DNA from: Tepidisphaeraceae bacterium
GTDB lineage: Bacteria; Planctomycetota; Phycisphaerae; Tepidisphaerales; Tepidisphaeraceae
Direction: 5' to 3'
DNA length: 64,000 nt
Assembly: GCA_036267155.1 (NCBI GenBank)
Contig: DATAWP010000082.1
Coordinates: forward strand, 35,686 to 99,685
Position numbers and translations under genes: made by a program. The notes under the pieces were generated by a model. The model worked only from the letters and a program-made list of their open reading frames with translations, searched no databases and was not told the DNA's origin. Of the stretch, positions 32,731 through 42,145 are shown one piece after another; position 1 is the first letter of the stretch; each line of letters begins with the position of its first letter.

Positions 32731-34631
32731 TATTTCACCTGAAATCCCGCTTGAATCCAGTTCACCACACCGGCCGCCGTGAGGCGGTCATCCCAGTTGC
32801 CAGGCCAATTGTTCTCCATTGCCGTCATTAGGCTCGGACCGTCGCTCACGCCGATGATCCCCAGTGTCTTGGCGTAGCTGCTGCAAGTGCGCGTATCGTC
32901 AACATACGCCGGCTCCGTCCCCGTCACGCCAGCGACGCCATTTACACCCGGCAACACGACCAGACCACTATAGGCAATCGCCGGCAGCGGCGGCGTGCTC
33001 TGAGAAAGGTTCACCGCATTCGACCCGCTGGCATCAAACCAATTGTGAACGATGACGTTCGGGCCGACAGTGGCGACCGTTGCCTCGGTGGGCATCCCCT
33101 CGGGATTCTTGCCCGAATCGGTGCAGTGAACGCCCACGGCGAATCCGCCGTTGTACTGAACGTCTCCGGCGTCGCTCTTGTTGATGACATACAGATTACT
33201 GATGGAGCCAGTTGTCGCACAGTCCAGATAAGCGCCCCAGCCACGGCCCGTGCCAGCGCCCGCGAGACTCAGCGCCGATCCCACCTGCCCTGAGCCTGTC
33301 GAAGGGTCGAATTCGCCGCCGCCGCCATCCACGACGCAGTTTTGGATCGTCGCCGGAAATCCACCGCCGCCGTAGAACGCGATCGGGTTCGCCAAGGACA
33401 CACAATGGTCAAAGAATCCGCCATAGTTGCTCTCGCAGCCGTCCGCCGCGGCTTCGGCGAACAGGTCGTTGATAAACCGAACCTGGGCATCCGCAGGGTC
33501 GCCGGGGTTGGGATGGTTTGGATTGATATAAACGTCGTGGGCGGTTCCATTGTTGTTTTTCGCGCCGCAGTTGGCGAAGACGCTGCGCGTCACCAAAAAG
33601 TCCCGGATGCTCACGGCGAACAAACCCGCTTGCGTCGCTCCACCGTGGCAGTCGTGGATTGAGCAACCTTCAATGACAAATGCCGTACAGTCGTCGTTGG
33701 CGTCTGTCTCATCATCCTCAAGATCGAAGCCACCCTGGAACCCGCTGGCGGCACAATCGAATATGCCAACGTGATCACTGGACTCTCCGGCAGTCTGATC
33801 CACAAATCGAATAAACCATGATGTTGCCCCCGATCCGGCGGCACCATTCAGGCCATCAATGATGAGATAGTGCATCGGACCGCCCCAGGCATGAGTGCTA
33901 GTGGGCGACCCGGCGATTCCAAATCCACTCTGCAAGATCGGGCGCGGCTGGGAATGATCGAGAAAACCGTTAACACCGATGCGGCCGACGATGAAGGGAT
34001 GCCCCGCCGTTCCCGTGGCTCCCTGAATGTTCTGGTTGACGGCGCTGGCGGGATAAACCCCGCCATCGCGGAACAGGACGCAAAGCGATCCGTTGTTGAT
34101 CGCGGCATTCTGCGCCGAATTGAAATCGGCATAATCGCTCGCCTGGTGTCCCGGTGTCGTCGCCGTGCTGATGATGCAGGCGTTTGCGGGGATCAGCGGC
34201 GTCAAATCGAGATTGCCGTTGGCGTCATATTTGAACGAATCCAGCCACTGGGTTGTGCCGTAAGTTTCGCCGGCAACGCCGGGGAGGCTCGCTAGCCACA
34301 CGGGAAGTCCGCTGGTCTGCCCTGAGCCTGTCGAAGGGGCCTGTCCTGAGCCAGCCGAGGGAGCCTGCCCTGAGCCCGTCGAACCCGATGACGCGGTTGG
34401 CTGTGTCGCCGGAGGCGTCGAGGAACCTGAGTTCCCCCCGCCGTTGGGATTGCCGCCGGTTTGGGTTGCTGTCACCGAAATCGAAAACTGCGTCGTGGCA
34501 GTTGCCACGATGTTTCCGCTGCCGTCGGTGACGCTGCTTCGAATGATATACGTTTGTGCCAATGCACGGGAAACGAAGCAAATCACAAGAATCGCCAGCA
34601 GATGCTTCGGTATTGAAACAGCGACTTTCAT
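32730..34631 (-). CDS. secreted beta-helix-like protein with Ig-like N-domain and Gly/Ser/Gln linker repeats
   Basis: From the internal ATG at 34631: MKVAVSIPKHLLAILVICFVSRALAQ (signal peptide). The STGSGQAP/SAGSGQAP/STGSGQTS linker follows. The later part has beta-helix-like rungs (IEGCSIHDCHGG, NCVVDGGGGEF). Confidence 0.6.
   Translation of the reverse strand: MKVAVSIPKHLLAILVICFVSRALAQTYIIRSSVTDGSGNIVATATTQFSISVTATQTGGNPNGGGNSGSSTPPATQPTASSGSTGSGQAPSAGSGQAPSTGSGQTSGLPVWLASLPGVAGETYGTTQWLDSFKYDANGNLDLTPLIPANACIISTATTPGHQASDYADFNSAQNAAINNGSLCVLFRDGGVYPASAVNQNIQGATGTAGHPFIVGRIGVNGFLDHSQPRPILQSGFGIAGSPTSTHAWGGPMHYLIIDGLNGAAGSGATSWFIRFVDQTAGESSDHVGIFDCAASGFQGGFDLEDDETDANDDCTAFVIEGCSIHDCHGGATQAGLFAVSIRDFLVTRSVFANCGAKNNNGTAHDVYINPNHPNPGDPADAQVRFINDLFAEAAADGCESNYGGFFDHCVSLANPIAFYGGGGFPATIQNCVVDGGGGEFDPSTGSGQVGSALSLAGAGTGRGWGAYLDCATTGSISNLYVINKSDAGDVQYNGGFAVGVHCTDSGKNPEGMPTEATVATVGPNVIVHNWFDASGSNAVNLSQSTPPLPAIAYSGLVVLPGVNGVAGVTGTEPAYVDDTRTCSSYAKTLGIIGVSDGPSLMTAMENNWPGNWDDRLTAAGVVNWIQAGFQVK
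34315..34386. repeat. three tandem ~24-nt units inside CDS (8-aa S-[TA]-GSGQ-x-x repeats)
   Basis: The units are CTGCCCTGAGCCTGTCGAAGGGG, CCTGTCCTGAGCCAGCCGAGGGA and GCCTGCCCTGAGCCCGTCGAACC. The 22-mer at 34317-34338 recurs identically at 33285-33306 in the same gene. Confidence 0.8.
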
Positions 34632-34740
34632 GCGGTCATCCCGTTCTAGCTTTTTTCTTCGCCCCGGCGAGCGTGCCAAATACGGCGGCGCGTGTCAATC
34701 TACGCTGAATTCGAACTTGGCCACTGTCACAATGTTGGTG

Positions 34741-35028
34741 TCAGCGTGTAAAGAACTGATAGGCGCAACCCCCGGCGACGGCGACAAAGATCGTGCGCCA
34801 GAGCCACCGCCAGGCCGTGGACGCCTCGACGAGTTTGCTGACTTGCCAGAGCATTCCACTCTGAGGACCCTTGTCGCCTCCGAAGACCTGGCGGTCGAGC
34901 TTTTCAACGGTCGTCGCCACACGTGCGACCTGGCTGGAAAGCTTTATCAACTCGCCCCTCAAGTCATCCAGCGCGATGCGAAGTTCATGGTTTTCCTCTG
35001 AGGTCATTTCATCCTCACGCTTGATCAT
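34741..35028 (-). CDS. small coiled-coil protein with C-terminal TM helix
   Basis: 95 aa: EENHELRIALDDLRGELIKLSSQVARVATTVEKLDRQVFG, then WRWLWRTIFVAVAGGCAYQFF. Confidence 0.5.
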   Translation of the reverse strand: MIKREDEMTSEENHELRIALDDLRGELIKLSSQVARVATTVEKLDRQVFGGDKGPQSGMLWQVSKLVEASTAWRWLWRTIFVAVAGGCAYQFFTR

Positions 35029-35120
35029 TCAACCAGCGCGGTCCCGGCGCATCAGGGCCGCTTTTGGTGATCAAAATCGGGCCCGATTACCATCGCGATG
35101 AAGTCGAATGGTCCCGTCGC

Positions 35121-35330
35121 CTATGATGGCGCTTGCGGCGTTGCAGTCGCGGCGGAAGCGGCCTGGTGAATCTGGGTAGTTGGGATTGGCTGCTGACCTA
35201 CCAGCGGCGCCAATGTGTTGAGCTGCGTCACGTCGTCGCTGTCAATGACGGCGCTTCCAACGGGAATCTGTGCCGGCTCGGCTTGGATGGCCGCGACAGC
35301 CGCTTGCGCGATAATGCCTACCTGTGTCAT
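35121..35330 (-). CDS. small Ala/Gln-rich hypothetical protein
   Basis: From the internal ATG at 35330: MTQVGIIAQAAVAAIQAEPAQIPVG... 69 aa. Coding status is uncertain. Confidence 0.35.
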   Translation of the reverse strand: MTQVGIIAQAAVAAIQAEPAQIPVGSAVIDSDDVTQLNTLAPLVGQQPIPTTQIHQAASAATATPQAPS

Positions 35331-35512
35331 GTTAAATGCTCCTGTCAATCGAAATTCCAGAACAAGAACGGGAAAACCGCTGCTGCTCCTGCGAATGCCG
35401 TGTTTGTGAAGTTCACCGAGCCGCATCATCGGATAGCCCCGGCGCTAAGGGTTCAACTTGGTCCTCTGTCAAACATTTACCGCACGGAGCGTAGCCGGCA
35501 ATCATCAACGAA

Positions 35513-35899
35513 TCAGCCCGTGTGCTGGGACGTCGGCGATGCGGCGGTGCTGGGCGCAATGTTTGAATTGAGAGTCGTAGCAGCCGCCTGCAAACCCGTC
35601 GTCACCGCGTTCACGGTCTGCTGGGCGCTGGCGCTGGAAGTTGCACTATGTGCAACGATCCCCGCGATCACTCCAACCGCGCCAAGAATCCCCGCAACGA
35701 TCGAGCCCCACGGCGCCGGAGCCGCCGCGGCCATTACTGGCGCCACCGCGCTCGTCACTGCGCTAACAGTGTCGAGCGCCTGAGTCGTCGGATTGTTCGG
35801 AGTCTGCAGAGATGCGCAAGCCGACGCCAGCGACAAAATGGCGACCGTGAATCCCATAATGCTCACAACAAAGATGCGGTTGGTCATAATGACTCCCAA
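35513..35899 (-). CDS. small membrane protein, possible lipoprotein
   Basis: 128 aa. The N-terminal hydrophobic segment ends LSLASAC (lipobox-like, imperfect). A second TM helix (WGSIVAGILGAVGVIAGIVAH) follows, and the remainder is Ala/Thr/Ser-rich. Confidence 0.5.
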   Translation of the reverse strand: MGVIMTNRIFVVSIMGFTVAILSLASACASLQTPNNPTTQALDTVSAVTSAVAPVMAAAAPAPWGSIVAGILGAVGVIAGIVAHSATSSASAQQTVNAVTTGLQAAATTLNSNIAPSTAASPTSQHTG

Positions 35900-36015
35900 A
35901 GCAAGGCGATCGACTCAAACAGCGGCAGGGCGGACGCGGTAAGGAGGTGGACCGCGACAACCGCCCCGCCGCCAAGCGGTGCGCTCAAATCTGCCGTTTT
36001 AGTGCGGTCCCTCTA

Positions 36016-36228
36016 TTAGTGGGGCCAGGAGGTGAAAGTTTTGGACGTGTTTTTCAAAAAAATCGCCGGATTTACTTCAAAAATCTCCCGGGCGACGGCT
36101 TGGATGGCTTTAGTCTCAGGTAACGCTTCCCAAAAAAGTATCGGACTTAGATCGGCAGCCCGCTTCCCCCAACCCCGACGCACCGGATTTTGACCGCGCG
36201 CCCCGTTAAGCCTTGCCCATTTACTCAT
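36016..36228 (-). CDS. hypothetical small protein
   Basis: From the internal ATG at 36228: MSKWARLNGARGQNPVRRGWGKRAADLSPILFWEALPETKAIQAVAREIFE... No family recognised. Confidence 0.35.
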   Translation of the reverse strand: MSKWARLNGARGQNPVRRGWGKRAADLSPILFWEALPETKAIQAVAREIFEVNPAIFLKNTSKTFTSWPH

Positions 36229-36267
36229 CGTCCTCGCCCCGAAACAAAATGCCAGGAACTTCACAGG

Positions 36268-36295
36268 TTGACACCGGCTCAGGACCGATCATAAT
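36268..36295 (+). promoter_or_regulatory. sigma-70-like promoter candidate for the DUF2203 gene
   Basis: TTGACA (36268-36273), 16 nt, then CATAAT (36290-36295), about 85 nt upstream of ATG 36381. Confidence 0.4.
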
Positions 36296-36380
36296 CGCTG
36301 GTGTCTATATTGCCGACGTGGGCCGCCAAACCTACGGGCGGGAGAGACCAATCGGAATACGGAGAAAGGCGGTCTGAGCA

Positions 36381-36809
36381 ATGGCCGGTCCCCAGTTCAT
36401 TACTCCTAAATCAGTAGCCCCCTCTCGGTCCACCAAGCGATTCAAGCTGGCCGAGGCGAATCGGTCGCTCCCTCTGGTGCGCCGGATTGTGTCGGATATC
36501 GTAAAGACCCACGATCAGATCACCACGCTGCAAACATCCCTCGACGGCGCCAAGTCCAAGGAGCAGCCCGTCCTGCAAACCCAACTCGACCGGGCCGTCG
36601 AACATCTGCAAAACTACGTTGAAGAGCTGCACGATGTGGGCTGCGATCTGAAAGATTATCAGATGGGCCTGGTCGACTTCATCGGCCGACACCATGGACA
36701 CGATGTTTGCCTCTGCTGGAAGCTGGGCGAAGAAACGATCTCCTATTGGCACGAAATCCAGACCGGCTTCGCCGGCCGCCAACCGGTGTCGGTCCTCGAA
36801 GAGGATTAG
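36381..36809 (+). CDS. DUF2203-family protein
   Basis: 142 aa. FKLAEANRSLPLVRRIVSDI...GCDLKDYQMGLVDFIG...VCLCWKLGEETISYWHEIQTGFAGRQPV matches my recollection of the DUF2203 pattern. Confidence 0.6.
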   Translation: MAGPQFITPKSVAPSRSTKRFKLAEANRSLPLVRRIVSDIVKTHDQITTLQTSLDGAKSKEQPVLQTQLDRAVEHLQNYVEELHDVGCDLKDYQMGLVDFIGRHHGHDVCLCWKLGEETISYWHEIQTGFAGRQPVSVLEED

Positions 36810-36813
36810 TCCC

Positions 36814-37509
36814 TCAAGTTCCTCGTCGGTTGCCATACAGTAGCACGTGCAATCTCGGGCAAAAGCGGAACGCTTCCTGCTTGCAAATGTCGCTGACCCA
36901 CGCTGACCGCGCATCCAGTGTCGCCCGGTCCGTGCCCTCGGGCATCAATTGCACATCACTTGGCCGCCACCCCTTGAGCCGTTGCAGCAGATCGCGAATT
37001 TCCCTCAAATCCGCGGGCTGGCAAACGACAAATTTCAACTGAAAATCCGGCGACGTATCCATCAACTGCTGGATCACCTCGACGTTCAGCCGCTTTTCTT
37101 CATGCACGCGGGCAAACCGCCCACCCTCCCGCTCTGTTGGCGTCGAATTCGACAGCTTTGGCGACAGGCTTGCCAAATCCAGCTTCACCACTGCGAAAAC
37201 CGTCGCCGCCGTTTCGACTGTGATGTGATAATTGCGGGCCTTTAGTGCATCACACAGTTCCGCTAGATCCGGCATGATCATCGGCTCGCCCCCCGTGATC
37301 ACCACATGCCTGCCCGAAAACTTTTCGACCCGCTGCACGATCGCACCTACAGGCACATCTTCTCCCTCGGCCTGCCAGCTCGCGTACGGCGTATCGCACC
37401 AAACGCACCGCAAATTGCATCCGCTGGTCCGCACGAACGCCGAGGGAACGCCCATCAGCTTTCCCTCGCCTTGAATTGAAAAAAAGACTTCGGCCAACCG
37501 CACGGCCAC
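36814..37509 (-). CDS. queE: 7-carboxy-7-deazaguanine synthase (radical SAM)
   Basis: 231 aa. [39 protein letters not shown] is the canonical QueE N-terminus with the Cx14CxxC-type cluster. Confidence 0.85.
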   Translation of the reverse strand: MAVRLAEVFFSIQGEGKLMGVPSAFVRTSGCNLRCVWCDTPYASWQAEGEDVPVGAIVQRVEKFSGRHVVITGGEPMIMPDLAELCDALKARNYHITVETAATVFAVVKLDLASLSPKLSNSTPTEREGGRFARVHEEKRLNVEVIQQLMDTSPDFQLKFVVCQPADLREIRDLLQRLKGWRPSDVQLMPEGTDRATLDARSAWVSDICKQEAFRFCPRLHVLLYGNRRGT

Positions 37510-37529
37510 CTCAATCCTTCAGATGTTCG

Positions 37530-38216
37530 TCAGCGCGATTTCTCGCGCTCTGCCAGGATCTTCGGCCCGGTCGGACAATCTTTGAAAACCGCACATTTCT
37601 CACACGCCGGCCGCCGCGCCATGCAGATCGCCCGGCCATGGTAAATCAACAGGTGCGACCAAAGCGTCCACTGCTCTTGCGGAATCACTTCCATCAAATC
37701 CCGCTCGATCTTTTCCGGAGCGGCGTGCTGGGTCAAATTCAACCGTTGGCTCAGTCGCGCGACATGGGTATCGACCACCACGCCGGCATTTTTGTTGAAC
37801 ACACTACCGAGAACGACGTTCGCCGTTTTGCGCCCCACTCCCGCCAGGTCCGTAAGGTCTTCCATCGTCTGCGGGACTCGCCCGCCGTGGCTTTTCAACA
37901 GTGAGGTAGCCATCGCGCGAATGCTTTTCGCCTTGTTGCGGTAGAACCCCGTTGATTGAATCTCCCGCTCCAATTCCCCCTCGGGCGATTTCGCAAAATC
38001 AGCCGCGGTCTTGTATTTCTGAAAGAGACTTTTGGTCACCAGGTTCACCCGCACATCCGTACACTGCGCCGACAGGATTGTCGCCACTAGCAATTGCAGG
38101 GGTGTTCGATAGTTCAGGCTGCATTTGGCATCCGGATATACCGACTGAAGAACGCGCAAGATTCTCGCCGCGCGCTGGCGAGATTGCCGCAGCGTTTTGT
38201 TTGCTTTCTTGGCCAT
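37530..38216 (-). CDS. nth: endonuclease III
   Basis: 228 aa. It has the HhH-GPD region (LVATILSAQCTDVRVN, GVGRKTANVVL, VVDTHV) and the C-terminal 4Fe-4S loop C-x6-C-x2-C-x5-C (CMARRPACEKCAVFKDC). Confidence 0.9.
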   Translation of the reverse strand: MAKKANKTLRQSRQRAARILRVLQSVYPDAKCSLNYRTPLQLLVATILSAQCTDVRVNLVTKSLFQKYKTAADFAKSPEGELEREIQSTGFYRNKAKSIRAMATSLLKSHGGRVPQTMEDLTDLAGVGRKTANVVLGSVFNKNAGVVVDTHVARLSQRLNLTQHAAPEKIERDLMEVIPQEQWTLWSHLLIYHGRAICMARRPACEKCAVFKDCPTGPKILAEREKSR

Positions 38217-38226
38217 GGGATGAGTC

Positions 38227-38799
38227 TCACCCGCCGCTGTGGAACGTGATGGTACGGCTGATGCCGCCGCTGAATAGGATCATCCCGAGCAGCAAAAACA
38301 CCAATACCATTAGCAGCATTTCACTTTCCCGCTGAAGGCGATCCAGCCGTTCGCTGGCTGGGTTGGCCTTATCCGGATCGTCCGCGTTGTCGATGAACGT
38401 CTGTCGCGATTCCATTGCCCGCGGCCAGAGAAACCACCCGTCGTAAATGACGATCACCAGCGCTCCCAAAAAGAGCCCCGATCTCACGAACGCCGACGCC
38501 TTGTTCCACGGATCGGACAAATCAATCAGAAACCACTGTGAAGCCAGCGCCAAAAACAAAACCGCCGCACAGACGATTTCGATCCTCGCCAGCGCCGCGA
38601 CGAGATTTCCCACGATCGTCCCTGCCAGCAGCGTCGAATGCTGGCCGTCCAGATTGACGCTCAAGACATGCGGTAGAACCGGATTATTCTCTTTGACGGA
38701 GCGATGAATCGCCTGCGCCGCCACCCCGATGAACATCGCACCGCCGAACCACATCGACAGTGCCAGCCAGTACACCGTCTGCACGAGCTGAAATAACAT
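38227..38799 (-). CDS. hypothetical polytopic membrane protein (DUF4149-like, tentative)
   Basis: 190 aa with four hydrophobic helices. The N-terminus is LVQTVYWLALSMWFGGAMFIG. Confidence 0.5.
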   Translation of the reverse strand: MLFQLVQTVYWLALSMWFGGAMFIGVAAQAIHRSVKENNPVLPHVLSVNLDGQHSTLLAGTIVGNLVAALARIEIVCAAVLFLALASQWFLIDLSDPWNKASAFVRSGLFLGALVIVIYDGWFLWPRAMESRQTFIDNADDPDKANPASERLDRLQRESEMLLMVLVFLLLGMILFSGGISRTITFHSGG

Positions 38800-38847
38800 C
38801 CCCGAAGCGTAGAGGCGCGGACAAGAAAGTCAATCGTTGGCCATCTT

Positions 38848-39057
38848 TCATTTCGGCTTCGCGAAAAGAGCCTCCGGCTCGTGTCCAGACCGCGCTCGGG
38901 CAACGATCAACATTCGCCCGCCGGGGCGCAAACATTTGGCTATCTGTTCAGTCGCGCAAGTCCGAAGGGCCGGCGGCAACACCTGATGCGCGCACGCCTC
39001 GAAAATAAAATTAAACGCGTCCGGCCACCGAGCCGGATTCGCGCAGGCGTCGGCCAA
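38848..39057 (-). pseudogene. C-terminal remnant of a SAM-dependent methyltransferase (TPMT-like)
   Basis: 69-aa ORF. FNFIFEACAHQVLPPALR...IAKCLRPGGRMLIV resembles the post-motif-II half of class I methyltransferases. There is no motif I, and only about 40 nt remain before the moaE stop. Confidence 0.4.
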
Positions 39058-39096
39058 CTGATAATCCGCTGTACTTGCACGGAACCGCGCGCCGCG

Positions 39097-39543
39097 CTAC
39101 GGCTGTCTGCCACGGCCTTCCGCCCAGGTCGAGCTTCGATCCGACCAAACTTCCTTCTTCCAGATCGTCGCCTGCTTCTTGAGATCGTCGATCAGAAATC
39201 TGCATGCCCCAAACGCCTCAGCTCGATGCGGCGTCGATACGGCGATCAACACCGATGGCTGTCCAACATCGACCAATCCGGTTCGGTGCAGCATTACAAT
39301 TCGACTGATCGGCCAGCGCCTCCGCGCATCTTCCGCCATTTGCCGCATCTGCGTCTCCGCCATCTCTGCGTATGCCTCGTAATCCAGCGCGACTAGCTCG
39401 CGGCCTTGCGCGTTGACTTCTCCGCGCGTCGTTCCCAGGAATACAGCGATCGCTCCGCTGCCGTGATCGCCGACATCGCCGATCGCCGCGCCGATATCCA
39501 AAGCCGTCGATTGCAACGCGATGATGTCGTTTTTCCGATCCAT
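39097..39543 (-). CDS. moaE: molybdopterin synthase catalytic subunit
   Basis: 148 aa. GAIAVFLGTTRGE...LDYEAYAEMA...HRTGLVDVGQPSVLIAVSTPHRAEAFGACRFLIDDLKKQATIWKKE gives the MoaE hallmarks. Confidence 0.9.
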   Translation of the reverse strand: MDRKNDIIALQSTALDIGAAIGDVGDHGSGAIAVFLGTTRGEVNAQGRELVALDYEAYAEMAETQMRQMAEDARRRWPISRIVMLHRTGLVDVGQPSVLIAVSTPHRAEAFGACRFLIDDLKKQATIWKKEVWSDRSSTWAEGRGRQP

Positions 39544-39546
39544 CGC

Positions 39547-39792
39547 TCAACCTCCGCTGACGGGCGGGATCAGCGCCAATTCATCCCCATCGCGCAGAAT
39601 CGTCGCCGGCTTGGCGTAGCACAGATTTACCGCGGCCGCGGTGCGCGGAAGCAACTCGACAATCCCCAAAAATCGCCGCCCCACTTCTTCCATCGCGGTC
39701 GCGACCGTCGCTCCATCGGCCAGCTCAATCTCCGTCTGGGAAATCCCGCTACGATCCCGCAGAACGGCGAACATCCGCAGCCGAATTTTCAT
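39547..39792 (-). CDS. moaD: molybdopterin synthase sulfur-carrier subunit
   Basis: 81 aa with a ubiquitin-like fold. It ends in the C-terminal Gly-Gly (IPPVSGG) and sits directly upstream of moaE. Confidence 0.85.
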   Translation of the reverse strand: MKIRLRMFAVLRDRSGISQTEIELADGATVATAMEEVGRRFLGIVELLPRTAAAVNLCYAKPATILRDGDELALIPPVSGG

Positions 39793-39806
39793 CCCAACCT
39801 CGATGT

Positions 39807-40832
39807 TTAACGATCAAACTGTGCATCGAATGCGATGGCTGACGGCTCAAAATCAACCCGTTTCACAAACGCCGCCGCCTCGGTCGCGCCGTGTTCGCGG
39901 TCCATTCGACTGTCCTCCCACTCCACGCTGAGCGGGCCGCCATATCCAACGTCATTGAGCGCCACGATGATCTCCTCGAAATTGATGTCGCCATGCCCGA
40001 GGCTGCGGAAATCCCAATACCGCCGCGGATCGGCGAACGACGCGTGTCCGCCGAACACCCCCACCGTGCCGTCGCCGTGGCCCCACCAGACATCTTTCAT
40101 GTGCACATGATAAATCCGCTTTGCAAACGTGCGGATGAATTTCACGTAATCCACTCCCTGATACCCCAGATGCGACGGATCGAAATTGAACCCGAACCGT
40201 TTGTGCCCCTTCACCGCCGCGATGGCTCGCTCGGCCGTGGCGATGTCGAACGCAATTTCCGTCGGATGCACCTCCAGCCCAAAATTCACGTCCGCCTTGT
40301 CGAACGCATCAAGAATCGGCATCCACCGCCTGGCGAAATCATCAAACCCCTTCCGCCAGTATTTCTGGTCCGTCGGCGGAAACGCATAGATGCTGTGCCA
40401 GATGCTCGATCCGGTAAACCCGTTCACCACGGCCGGAAATCCGGTGGGCTCGGGCGCAGCATCAATGAACTTTCGGCACGCCTTGGCCGTGTCGATCATT
40501 CGCCTGGCCGCGCGCTTTCGGACGCCTTCGGCCTCCCCGTCGCCCCAGACATCCGGAGGCAGGATCGACTTATGACGTTCATCAATGTTGTCGCACACAG
40601 CCTGCCCCACGAGGTGCGCGCTGATCGCAAACGCCCGAAGGCCACTCCCGCGAAGAATCTCCCATCGGTCTTTGCAATAATTCTTATCCGACAACGCCGC
40701 CTGCACGTCGAAATGATCGCCCCAGCAGGCCAGTTCCACCCCGTCGTAACCAAACTTTTTTGCCTTCTGGCAAACCTGTTGGAACTTCAGATCGGCCCAC
40801 TGGCCAGTGAACAAGGTAACGGGTCGCGGCAT
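39807..40832 (-). CDS. sugar phosphate isomerase/epimerase (xylose-isomerase-like TIM barrel)
   Basis: 341 aa. [28 protein letters not shown] and HVHMKD are typical AP-endonuclease-2/xylose-isomerase-like TIM motifs. Confidence 0.75.
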   Translation of the reverse strand: MPRPVTLFTGQWADLKFQQVCQKAKKFGYDGVELACWGDHFDVQAALSDKNYCKDRWEILRGSGLRAFAISAHLVGQAVCDNIDERHKSILPPDVWGDGEAEGVRKRAARRMIDTAKACRKFIDAAPEPTGFPAVVNGFTGSSIWHSIYAFPPTDQKYWRKGFDDFARRWMPILDAFDKADVNFGLEVHPTEIAFDIATAERAIAAVKGHKRFGFNFDPSHLGYQGVDYVKFIRTFAKRIYHVHMKDVWWGHGDGTVGVFGGHASFADPRRYWDFRSLGHGDINFEEIIVALNDVGYGGPLSVEWEDSRMDREHGATEAAAFVKRVDFEPSAIAFDAQFDR

Positions 40833-40901
40833 CGCGTCTCCTTATCAAATGTCGTCCGCCCACATCTTCAGCCCAGCGAATGAGACAATTCCGGTCGACG
40901 C

Positions 40902-40928
40902 TTGTCAATTGCGGGTTCGTGATACAAT
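40902..40928 (+). promoter_or_regulatory. promoter candidate for trpB (extended -10)
   Basis: TTGTCA (40902-40907), 15 nt including TG at 40920-40921, then TACAAT (40923-40928). The -10 ends only 7 nt before ATG 40936, which would imply a leaderless or very short leader mRNA. Confidence 0.3.
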
Positions 40929-40935
40929 AAACCCA

Positions 40936-42135
40936 ATGAAAGCTGTTGGCGATTCTCTCCCCGATTCCTTCGGCCATTTCGGCGTTTACGGCGGCGTTTA
41001 CGTCCCCGAGACCCTCGTCGGCGCCCTCACCCAACTCGAAGCCGAATACGCCAAGGCCAAATCTGACCCGGCTTTTCAACGCGATCTGGAATATTACCTG
41101 CGCGATTTCGTCGGCCGTCCGTCGCGGCTCTATTTTGCCCGCCGGCTCACCGAGCATTTCGGCGGGGCGAAAATTTATCTCAAGCGAGAAGACCTCAACC
41201 ACACCGGCGCGCACAAGATCAACAACACCATCGGCCACGCACTGCTGACTCTGCGCATGGGGAAGAAGCGGGTCATCGCCGAGACCGGCGCGGGTCAGCA
41301 TGGCGTGGCCACCGCGACGGCCGCGGCCGTGTTCAATCTCCAGTGCGATGTGTATATGGGATCGGAAGACATCCGTCGCCAAAGCCTCAACGTCTTCCGC
41401 ATGCGCCTCATGGGCGCACGCGTCGTTGAAGTGACCAGCGGAAGCAAGACGCTGAAGGATGCCACCAACGAAGCGATGCGCGATTGGATGGGCTCCGTCC
41501 AGAATACGCATTACATCATCGGAAGCGTGGTCGGACCGCATCCGTTTCCCATGATGGTGCGGGACTTCCAATCGGTCATCGGCCGCGAAGCGCGGGAACA
41601 ATGCCTGGAACTCGAAGGCCGGTTGCCGAATTATATCTTGGCCTGTGTCGGCGGCGGAAGCAACGCGGCCGGCATTTTCGCGGCCTTTGTTCCCGATACG
41701 TCTGTCAAACTCATCGGCGTGGAAGCCGGCGGCCGCGGATCGGCCCTCGGCCAGCACGCCGCCACGCTCTGCGCCGGCCAGCCCGGCGTTCTGCACGGAT
41801 CGCTCTCCTACGTCCTGCAGGATGAAGATGGACAAACCGCCGACGTTCACAGCGTATCCGCCGGTCTGGATTATCCCGGCGTCGGACCCGAGCACGCATA
41901 TTGGAAAGACTCCGGCCGAGTGCAGTACGCCAGCATCACCGACCAGCAGGCGCTGGATGCGTTCCAGAAGGTTTCGCAGCTTGAAGGTATCCTTCCCGCC
42001 TTGGAATCGGCTCATGCGTTCGCCTATCTCGAACAACTCGCGCCGTGCCTGCCCAAGGACCAAATCATCATCGTCAACCTCAGCGGCCGCGGCGATAAAG
42101 ATTGCCAGGAAGTGGCGCGCCTGATCGGCAAATGA
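40936..42135 (+). CDS. trpB: tryptophan synthase beta subunit
   Basis: From the internal ATG at 40936: [27 protein letters not shown]... [16 protein letters not shown] carries the PLP lysine motif, and GGGSNAAG is present. Confidence 0.95.
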   Translation: MKAVGDSLPDSFGHFGVYGGVYVPETLVGALTQLEAEYAKAKSDPAFQRDLEYYLRDFVGRPSRLYFARRLTEHFGGAKIYLKREDLNHTGAHKINNTIGHALLTLRMGKKRVIAETGAGQHGVATATAAAVFNLQCDVYMGSEDIRRQSLNVFRMRLMGARVVEVTSGSKTLKDATNEAMRDWMGSVQNTHYIIGSVVGPHPFPMMVRDFQSVIGREAREQCLELEGRLPNYILACVGGGSNAAGIFAAFVPDTSVKLIGVEAGGRGSALGQHAATLCAGQPGVLHGSLSYVLQDEDGQTADVHSVSAGLDYPGVGPEHAYWKDSGRVQYASITDQQALDAFQKVSQLEGILPALESAHAFAYLEQLAPCLPKDQIIIVNLSGRGDKDCQEVARLIGK

Positions 42136-42145
42136 TGATGCTCGA

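Noticed and set aside
22778-36264. Calling the whole region an integrated prophage
   Set aside because: I found no integrase, excisionase, terminase, portal or capsid gene that I could recognise. I found no tRNA or obvious direct repeats at the borders. Only a tail-like module plus a regulatory switch can be supported.
40684-42063. 459-aa minus-strand ORF antisense to trpB
   Set aside because: It has a shadow-ORF composition (Gly/Arg/Ala/His-rich) and no domain signature. trpB on the plus strand is unambiguous.
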